Shown: piece by piece, positions 15,945 through 24,400 of the stretch
How positions within the stretch are numbered: the first letter of the stretch is position 1
How the letters are laid out: each line of letters opens with the position of its first letter
IMG/VR virus record: IMGVR_UViG_3300032227_000133
Span: 1-35,565 of that record
Reading direction: 5' to 3' (one strand)
Length of the DNA: 35,565 nt
From: a virus
Taxonomy: Duplodnaviria; Caudoviricetes
Made by a program: the position numbers and the translations under genes
Notes under the pieces: generated by a model
What the model was told of the DNA's origin: nothing
The model's input: the letters and a program-made list of their open reading frames with translations, nothing else
Databases searched by the model: none

Positions 15945-16800
15945 GTCACTCAGACAGCGCATATGCGCTGGATGCGGGGCGTGGATGGACTGCGAGCCTG
16001 CGAGCAGGCGCACGCTTGCGGGCGCTCCAGACACGACAGATGCGTGGTTTACCACGCTGAGAGAAATCATGACCGCTTTGCTCTGCTGAATAGGCAGAGC
16101 AGGGAATGATTTGACAACGGAGTATGATGGGAGCACCGTAGGAGGACGAGCCTGAGCATGGCGCAGCGTGGCTTTGACACGCTCGACAGGCTGGCGAGAG
16201 ATGAGGGCTGAGTGCATGTCAGCATGAGGAGACAATAGACCAACAGGCTATGTCTCCGATTGCGACAGGCGAGACCGCGCTTGCGCGGGCGGACAGCCTT
16301 CGTTCCGACCAGTCGCTACGGTAGAACTGCTGAGGGTTTACACCATCGGCAGACTGCGGGTTTGGGATGCAATCCCAATTAGGCACCGCAGGTTTCAATG
16401 GAACATTGAATCTAACGTGACAGAACGGCAGACGCTTTGCTCCTTGCTTGCAAGGACAGCAAAGAACTGCTTGGTTATGAATGAGGCTTCTTTCCGCATT
16501 CCAGCGGACCGAGGACCTGCTGACGAACAAGGAGGGACCTGCTTAGCGTAGCGTGCAGACGCCCGACATTGTGAGGCGCAGACGCCGAGGCTGAACAGAA
16601 CTGCTTGCAGACGCTGTTCATAAGAAGCCGAATGAAGAACCCGTTCGGCATCAGTAGTATAGATAAATACAGACAGGCTCCCCTGTCAGTAGAAATCTAT
16701 ATATTGGGCGACAGCCCGACAGACAGTATCTCTAGGCAGACTACGCCTAGTAGTGACAGTCTGTTCAGATTAGAACATGTAGGGGCTTGACCCCTACTGT
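15945..16800 (+). other. Non-coding, GC-rich, hairpin-dense element (candidate large ncRNA or ssDNA origin/packaging signal)
   Basis: More than 12 hairpins, four G-CTTG-C loops, ten CAGAC repeats; overlapping ORFs lack RBS and protein-like features. Confidence 0.55.
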
Positions 16801-17054
16801 TTTAATCTGTTCGCCTATCTATGTAGGTAACTCTGACTATAAATATTTCTGTATATAGTGACCCAGTATAGTCTCTGACCTGCTGTTTTATAAATAGTTT
16901 GTAGTAAAATGTTCGTTTTAGCAGTTTGAACGGATTAAGTATATATGTACAGTAGATTATATTCGGAAGTCTTTTTATAGCCTTCCTCATACTGTGACAG
17001 ACTGTTGTACAGATATACTTCTATACGGCGGGTGTAGTCTGTTTATTTTTAATA

Positions 17055-17094
17055 GCCCCAGAACAATCCATGGCATATGCCAAATTGCTGGGGC
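17055..17094 (+). promoter_or_regulatory. Leader hairpin upstream of the terminase RBS
   Basis: GCCCCAG...TGGCATATGCCA...CTGGGGC. Confidence 0.4.
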
Positions 17095-17116
17095 GTCAAG
17101 TTTTAGGGGACTATAA

Positions 17117-19006
17117 ATGTCAGGCTTTAAATCAGGTGATGACCACCATTTAGCAAAGGGTGTGGCTCAAGCCAAAGAGCAAGTACTTGAAAAGGTGAGG
17201 GTGGGCGTCTCCCCTCAAGCGGCTATGATTGCCATAGGCAGAAAGCCAGATACCATCCGTCAGTGGATGGTCCGAGACCCACTATTTGCGGCGGCGCTGG
17301 AAGAGGCAAAAGAAGAGGGAAGTAAACAATCCTTTGATGCCCTCGGTGTCCAAAAGGAGTCTATCCCCTTTGCGGAGTTCTCCAAGATGTTTTTTGACCA
17401 AACCGTATTCCCGCACCACCAGAACTGGATTGACCTTCTGGAGGGACGCGAACCATCATGGAATCACGAAAATATTATATATGAACCTGGGGAGAGAAAC
17501 CGTCTCCTAATCAACGTGCCCCCTGAGCACGCTAAGTCCACTGTGATTACGGTGAACTATCCAACTTACCGCATTGCCCTCAATCCTAACATCCGCATCA
17601 TTGTGGTATCAAAGACGATTACTAAGGCACGCGAGTTCGTATACGCTATCAAGCAACGATTGTCCCATCCACGCTGGCTAAAACTACAGACCGCTTATGG
17701 TCCAGAGGGCGGCTGGAAACAGGACGCAGATACTTGGCGTACCGATACCGTCTATCTTGGGGGTGATGCGCGTAACTCATCTGAAAAAGACCCAACCATT
17801 CAAGCACTAGGTATGGGTGGTCAGATTTACGGCGCTCGCGCAGACTTGATTATTTTGGACGACTGTATAACTACAGCCAATGCCCATGAGTGGGAGCAGC
17901 AGATTAACTGGCTGCAAAAAGAAGTTATTACCCGTCTGGGTAAAAATGGTAAGTTACTAGTGGTGGGGACCCGAATTGCTGCCAATGACCTTTATAAAGA
18001 ACTTCGTAATCCCAAGCACTGGTCTGGGGGCAAAACTCCGTTTACTTATATGGGGATGCCTGCTGTACTGGAGTATTCAGAAAAGCCAGAAGACTGGGTT
18101 ACGCTTTGGAAAGAGTCGGACGTCCCGTGGGATGGGGATGATGATACTCCTCAGGAGAATGGCTTCTACCCCAAGTGGGACGGCAAGACGCTTAACAGAC
18201 GAAGAAGCGAAGTTACACCGTCAACATGGGCACTTGTCTACCAACAAGAAGACATCATGGAAGACTCAATATTCCCGCCAGCACTCGTGCAAGGAGCGAC
18301 CAATGGGATGCGCAAGCGAGGACCGCTAAAGTCTGGTGCTGCTGGACATCCATCTCAAGTAGAAGGTTACACCATTATTGGCTTTGACCCTGCTATGACT
18401 GGTAACTCAGCATTTGTAGTTACCAACTATAACCGTGCTGACGGAAAGATTTATGTGTTGGATTGTATCAACATGGAAGACCCAACACCCCAGAAGATTA
18501 GAGCAACAATTGAAGAGTTGGTTCAAAAGTACCACCCACAAGAGTTCCGTGTGGAAATCAATGCGCACCAGAAAGCGTACGCACTTGACGAAGAACTACG
18601 AAACTGGCTCGCTCAATACGGCGTACGTCTGGATGCTCACTTTACAGGCAAGAACAAGTGGGACACATCTTTCGGCGTTGCCTCAATGTCAAACCTCTTT
18701 GGTACAGAGCGCGATGGCAAACATCAGCGTAATAACATTATTGAACTACCCTCATCAGAAGGTAGTGAAGGACTAAAGGCTTTAACTCAACAGTTACTTA
18801 CATGGAAGCCAGAGACTAGAGGCAAGACGGATACCGTCATGGCTTTATGGTTTGCTGTAATCAGAGCACGTGAGTTAATGCAGCAAGCAAGTAGAACGTC
18901 TCAGTATCTTAACAACCGTTGGGCTACTAAGGCACAAATGAATACCCGCGTTGCGGTTAACTTAGATGATGCCTTTGCAGAACAATGGCAAGAACTTTAT
19001 GGATAG
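17117..19006 (+). CDS. terL: Terminase large subunit with N-terminal HTH extension
   Basis: Variant Walker A PPEHAKST, GARADLIILDD Walker B, VVGTR, LVYQQ, IGFDPA nuclease, DTVMALW. Confidence 0.93.
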   Translation: MSGFKSGDDHHLAKGVAQAKEQVLEKVRVGVSPQAAMIAIGRKPDTIRQWMVRDPLFAAALEEAKEEGSKQSFDALGVQKESIPFAEFSKMFFDQTVFPHHQNWIDLLEGREPSWNHENIIYEPGERNRLLINVPPEHAKSTVITVNYPTYRIALNPNIRIIVVSKTITKAREFVYAIKQRLSHPRWLKLQTAYGPEGGWKQDADTWRTDTVYLGGDARNSSEKDPTIQALGMGGQIYGARADLIILDDCITTANAHEWEQQINWLQKEVITRLGKNGKLLVVGTRIAANDLYKELRNPKHWSGGKTPFTYMGMPAVLEYSEKPEDWVTLWKESDVPWDGDDDTPQENGFYPKWDGKTLNRRRSEVTPSTWALVYQQEDIMEDSIFPPALVQGATNGMRKRGPLKSGAAGHPSQVEGYTIIGFDPAMTGNSAFVVTNYNRADGKIYVLDCINMEDPTPQKIRATIEELVQKYHPQEFRVEINAHQKAYALDEELRNWLAQYGVRLDAHFTGKNKWDTSFGVASMSNLFGTERDGKHQRNNIIELPSSEGSEGLKALTQQLLTWKPETRGKTDTVMALWFAVIRARELMQQASRTSQYLNNRWATKAQMNTRVAVNLDDAFAEQWQELYG

Positions 19007-19015
19007 GACTACTAG

Positions 19016-20788
19016 ATGCTAAACATTGACCAGATTGGTGCGCGTGTTTCAACGTTACGCTATCGCGCCAACGGGCGTGACCAGCGCAACGGTGACGTTC
19101 AGATGGTACGTCAGGGTAAAATCAGTCAGGTCTATCCTAACTTCTTCCCAGATGGTATTGACCAGAACGTAGTAGCAAACTTTATTGACATTGTTGCACG
19201 TGATTTGTCTGAAGTTATTGCACCGCTTCCAGCGGTCAACTGCTCTGCTGCTAACCAGACTAATGACCGTGCTCGTAATTTTGCTGACAAGCGTACTCGC
19301 ATTGCATCAAACTACTTTGAGCATTCAGATTTGCAAGTACAGATGTACAACGGTGCAGACATGTACATCACATATGGTTTCCTCCCGTTCATTATTGAAC
19401 TGGATGAAGAAGCGCAGATGCCACGTATCCGACTAGAAAACCCAGTAGGTGCTTACCCAGAGTTTGACCGCTACGGACGTTGCGTTGCCTTTGCAAAACG
19501 ATACTCAATGACACTAGGTGAACTAGTGGCTATGTTCCCAGAACATGAGTATGAACTTCTAGGCAAATTAGGTTGGAAGCAAGACCTTAATGGCATGATA
19601 GAGATGATTCGCTATTATGACAAAGACCAGTCTGTGCTATACCTACCATCTCGAAACAACATGCTTCTATCTCAAGCGGCAAATCCACTTGGTATTATGA
19701 ATGTTGTTATCGCAAAGCGACCATCTGTAGATGGTGAATTGCGCGGACAGTTTGATGACGTACTTGGTATTCAGTTGCTTCGCAACCGATTTGCATTACT
19801 TGCAATGGAAGCAGCAGAGAAGTCAGTACAAGCACCAATTGTTTTGCCACAAGATGTACAAGAACTACAACTTGGTGGAGACGCTGTTATTCGTACAGCA
19901 AACCCAGCAGGCGTTCGCCGCGTTGAACTCACACTTCCACAAGGCGCATTTACTGAGCAAAACATTCTTAACCAAGAACTACGTGTTGGCGCTCGTTATC
20001 CAGAATCTCGTACTGGTAACGTCAATGCAAGCATTGTCACTGGACAGGGTGTACAAGCACTACTTGGTGCGTTTGATACGCAAGTAAAATCTGCGCAGGC
20101 TATCTTAGCCGCTGCGCTTCGTGATGTAATTACACTTTGTTTTAAAGTTGATGAGTCACTCTTTAATATTGAAAAAACAATTCGTGGTGTAGATGCTGGT
20201 TCACCGTATGTACTTACATACCTACCAAGCAAAGACATTAAGAAAGACTATTCCGCAGATGTACGTTACGGAATGCTCGCTGGTCTTAACCCAGCACAAG
20301 GTTTGATTTTTATGCTTCAGGCTTTAGGTGGCGGTCTTATCTCTAAAGATATGGCTATGCGTGAACTTCCATTCGGAGTTAACGTAACACTAGAGCAAGA
20401 GAAGATAGAGATTGAAAAAATGCGCGAGGCTCTTGTTGGTTCACTCCAGCAAATGACGCAAGCAATTCCTCAAATGGCAGCAACAGGTGGAGACCCATCT
20501 ACTTTAGTGCGACAGATTGCAGATGTAATCAAAGCACGTAAGAAGGGTGTTTCTATTGAAGAGGCTATTGAAGATGTGTTTGCACCAGAGAATCCTCCTG
20601 CTGGTGCTGCTGAGTCAGTTGAGCAACCTGTCCCCTCTGCTCCTGGTGAACCACCAGTAGGAGGCGCTCCTTCAGGCGGAATGCCTATGCCTCCAGCAAA
20701 ACCAGAATTACAAACACTATTAAGCACAATGACAGGCAGCGGTGCTGCTCGCTCTAGTGCACAGATTAGTAACAAACGTCCACGATAA
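19016..20788 (+). CDS. Portal protein
   Basis: 590 aa directly after terL; helical, with a Pro-rich C-terminal tail. Confidence 0.85.
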   Translation: MLNIDQIGARVSTLRYRANGRDQRNGDVQMVRQGKISQVYPNFFPDGIDQNVVANFIDIVARDLSEVIAPLPAVNCSAANQTNDRARNFADKRTRIASNYFEHSDLQVQMYNGADMYITYGFLPFIIELDEEAQMPRIRLENPVGAYPEFDRYGRCVAFAKRYSMTLGELVAMFPEHEYELLGKLGWKQDLNGMIEMIRYYDKDQSVLYLPSRNNMLLSQAANPLGIMNVVIAKRPSVDGELRGQFDDVLGIQLLRNRFALLAMEAAEKSVQAPIVLPQDVQELQLGGDAVIRTANPAGVRRVELTLPQGAFTEQNILNQELRVGARYPESRTGNVNASIVTGQGVQALLGAFDTQVKSAQAILAAALRDVITLCFKVDESLFNIEKTIRGVDAGSPYVLTYLPSKDIKKDYSADVRYGMLAGLNPAQGLIFMLQALGGGLISKDMAMRELPFGVNVTLEQEKIEIEKMREALVGSLQQMTQAIPQMAATGGDPSTLVRQIADVIKARKKGVSIEEAIEDVFAPENPPAGAAESVEQPVPSAPGEPPVGGAPSGGMPMPPAKPELQTLLSTMTGSGAARSSAQISNKRPR

Positions 20789-20798
20789 GGAGTAAACA

Positions 20799-21038
20799 AT
20801 GGCAGCCCCTAAGAAGAAGCCAGTTACTCGTAGACGTACAGTTAAAGAAAACGAATATACAAAATTAGATGAATACTGCATTTGGCTACATGAATATCAC
20901 AAAGCATTACGCCGTGCTGGTTTCAGTAATGATAATGCGCTATGGATTATGACAACAAAAGAATCATATCCAGATTGGGTACGAAACCCAAACGTAAATG
21001 ACATACTTAATCATATTGATGAGGAGGACGAAGACTAA
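20799..21038 (+). CDS. Hypothetical protein
   Basis: AAGGAG RBS; TAATG coupling to the next gene. Confidence 0.75.
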   Translation: MAAPKKKPVTRRRTVKENEYTKLDEYCIWLHEYHKALRRAGFSNDNALWIMTTKESYPDWVRNPNVNDILNHIDEEDED

Positions 21039-21445
21039 TGGCACAACATGGTGGTTATCGTCAACCTAATAATCCAGCACCCGTATCAGGACCAGGTGCG
21101 CTTTCACAGCGCACAGATGGCGGAGCAGTTGATGGAATGCAGCAACCAATGCAGCAATACACAGGTTTTGAGTATGGTGAAAACAAAGCATTAAACGACC
21201 AACAGGCTGGTGCACCAATGGCAGGAATGCCAGATGCATTTGATGTTATTCCTTTAGATGCACCTACAATGTTTCCAAACGAACCTATTTCTGCTGGAGC
21301 GGATTATGGTCCTGGACCAGGGTTAGACCTATCTGGTATTCGTGGTATTCAACCACCAGACCCTGCATCTGTTATTTATAACATGATGAAGAATGACCCA
21401 TCAGGTCAATTAGAGGCTATCTACAATAGAATTAATTTGGCGTAA
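21038..21445 (+). CDS. Gly/Pro-rich virion-region protein
   Basis: PAPVSGPGALSQRTDGG; TAATG coupled on both sides. Confidence 0.7.
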   Translation: MAQHGGYRQPNNPAPVSGPGALSQRTDGGAVDGMQQPMQQYTGFEYGENKALNDQQAGAPMAGMPDAFDVIPLDAPTMFPNEPISAGADYGPGPGLDLSGIRGIQPPDPASVIYNMMKNDPSGQLEAIYNRINLA

Positions 21446-24400
21446 TGTCTCTGATAAATCCTAATCAGCCATTTCCTCAGCCTGTTAATAACGCTCTTGC
21501 AACAGCAAACCCAACGCTGTATGCGGCATCCCTTGCGGGACAGCCAACACAAGAAGAACGTGCTATTCAAGAAAACATTCAACGTCTTCTAAACAAAGAC
21601 CGTGAACTTACACGCATTACTGATGCTGGTAAAGCATGGAAAGAATACAACAAACTAGACCCACAGATTAAACAAGGTCTTATGTTTATTAACGAAGGTG
21701 CTGCTTATCAAAAAGCACCTCCTAGTATTATTGGACAAATTGGTAAGGCTGCTCTTACAGCCGTAACTGAACCATTTCGCATGGTGTTTGATGTGGCTGA
21801 GTTTTATTACAAAGGTATTAACCTTCCTTATAAAATTGCATCAAACGTACTTGATGATTCTAAGCCTACATCTGGTGACTTTAAAAATCTTCTTGCAAGA
21901 AAAACTTGGACAGATGCTTGGGACGGGCATAACCAGTGGGATACTAAAATGCTTAACCAACTTGAAAACAAGTACGGTAAAGCAGAAAGTTTTCTTATCC
22001 GTGGAATTATTGATGGCAAAAAGCCAGGAGACATTCTTCGTGAGTATGGCAAATTAGATAACCAAATGATTGCTGCTGTCCGTAAGATGTCTGAAAACGG
22101 CAGCGACTGGAAGACTGCATTTGGTGAACATAAGGCTGGTCAGGTTAACCCAGGTAATGACTTTACAAACTGGATGAACCGTGAGCACCCACCATCAGAG
22201 GGTAGCCTATGGTCTCTTATTCCTTTAACTCTTAGTTCTTTAACTGGTGTTACTAGCCCAGATGCATACCGTGCATTTGAAAAATCTAAAGAAATTGATA
22301 AATGGGTTATTGCTAATCCTAATCCATTTGCTAAAGGCAAAGACAAGTATGTTTCACCTTCTGGCACAATTAACTTTGCGTATCAAATTGCTGTTGACCC
22401 ATTAACATGGCTTACTGGTGGTACTAGCAAGGCTGTACTTAAGTCAGAAAAACTTGCAGAAACATTTGTTAATGCTGGAAAAAATAACAGCGCTACTCGC
22501 GTACTAGATTTGTTTGCAGACCCAAAGGTAGCAGCGCTACATGAAGGACTAGCCAAAGAAGTTGTTGCGCTACGTACTGCACGTGATGCTGGCAATGACG
22601 CAGAAGCGGCTCTTGTCCGCATGCGTATTGCACGTGATTATCCTAAGTATGATGATGAAGGCGTATTAAATCTTTTACAAAAAACCAAGGTTCTTGACGA
22701 CCAAGAGCGTTTAGTTCCAATTACTGACTTGCCTACAATGATTAAGTTCTTTGAGCAAGGCGAGCACATGAACTATATTATTTCTGGTCGCGTAGAAGGC
22801 TCACGTTATTACACAGAAAACCATGTAGCAATTGAACGTTCTACACGTAAGATTACTACTGGTATTAAAGAAGCATTTGACCAAGTATTCAATGGTGTTG
22901 AACGCCGTGTTGCTGCTGGTAAAGACCCTATCCCAGAAGAAGTACTAGAGAGTGCAGCAGCATTTGATAGATACTTTGCTAACCGTCCTGAGTTTAAACT
23001 TGTAGACCCTAAGCAAGATGAAGTAGTACAGGCTCTTACAACTAGCGGTAATAGACTACAGCGTACATACAACAACGCAATGGCTAAACATCCACCAAAT
23101 GTAATGGTGTACACCGAAGACGGTATGGTTGTTAAGTCTGCTGGAGCATTCCGTGATTTTGCACGTGTAATTGTTGGTGATAAGTTCCAAGCAAATATGC
23201 TTACCGAACGTTTCTTGCGTGTTACACCAGAAGAACGCATTAACATGTTGTTCTCAATGTTTAAACTTTATACAGATAAGTTAGGGCTAGCCTCAACTGT
23301 TAAGGGATTAGACGTACAACGTGCATGGCTAGAGTCTATCTTTGCTCCTATCAAGGGCATGGGTCCAATTGCTGACATCAAGATGCCAGAGCATCTACTT
23401 GTTGAAAATATGATTGACCTACCTACTGGTCCAAGTCAGATTTTGCATACCACTGAAGGCATATCTATGCCTAACTTTAATGAGATTTCAGAGTGGATTC
23501 ATAGCAACGTTACTTTAAATGCTGGTTTCCGCCGTCATTTTGGTATTAGCGAACTAACTAATGCTGCATGGGCTAAGTTCCTTATGAATGGTTGGACTAA
23601 GTTAACCCTGTTTCCTAAGTTGGGTCTTAAGTCTGCCGTTGATGAAGGCACAATTGGTGCAATGGTTCAAGAACCAGCAGCAATTCTTGCATTTTTTACA
23701 GGTAAGGGTAGCGCAATTGCTAATACAGTTGCAGCATATCGTGGTAGTACTGAAACTTATGGTCTTGTAAAGAGCAAGTTGCTTTCTATTTCTGGTAAAA
23801 ACCCAGCAGAGTACGTATCTCCTGCTCAACGCCGTGCTATGCAACAACCAGTAATGGTTGATGCTAGTTACACATTGCCTAACGGCAAAGTTATCCAGCG
23901 TCAAGAGTTAGTTTCTGCTGATGAGTACTTTGGTGGTACATACGAAGAGCGTTTAGCAAATATGGTTATTGCTAAATATGCTGGAAAGTTGTCTGAACAA
24001 GAACAACGCTGGCTAGCAACCCACCTTATGAACAACTCACATGCTGTTGAAGGCATGGTACAGTCACAAGTAGCACGTTCATTTGGTAACACTATGGTTG
24101 AAGGCACAGTACAGGCTGAAATGTACGGCAAGTCACCACTCACAGAGGCTGTTGAAGAGTGGGGTCGTAAGGATATGGGAACATTCCTTACAGATGAAAA
24201 GATGATGCTTACAACATCAGAGCGTACTGCTGTTCACTATGACGCTTTTTACCGTTACTTTGGTAAGAACACATATAAGACATCACATGGTTCTGTTATT
24301 GACTTTGGTGCTTTGTTTATCAAGTACAACGGTCTTGAAACTGCTGCTGACGGTGCTGCTTATGTAGATGAAATTATGGAACTTCTTGGTTGGACTAAGA

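Noticed and set aside
16111-16128. TTGACA and TATGAT as a sigma-70 promoter
   Set aside because: Only 6 nt apart, so the spacing is incompatible.
16151-16161. Second CCTGAGCATGG matching the pseudoknot at 298-308
   Set aside because: No TGCTCA partner follows, and one 11-mer match in 35 kb can be chance.
15945-16800. CRISPR array or tRNA cluster
   Set aside because: Repeats are only 5-8 nt and irregularly spaced; no cloverleaf or T-loop consensus seen.
15857-16990. Track ORFs in the divergent region (15857+, 15885-, 16219-, 16605+, 16802-)
   Set aside because: No convincing RBS, atypical composition, no motifs; better explained as chance frames in structured DNA.
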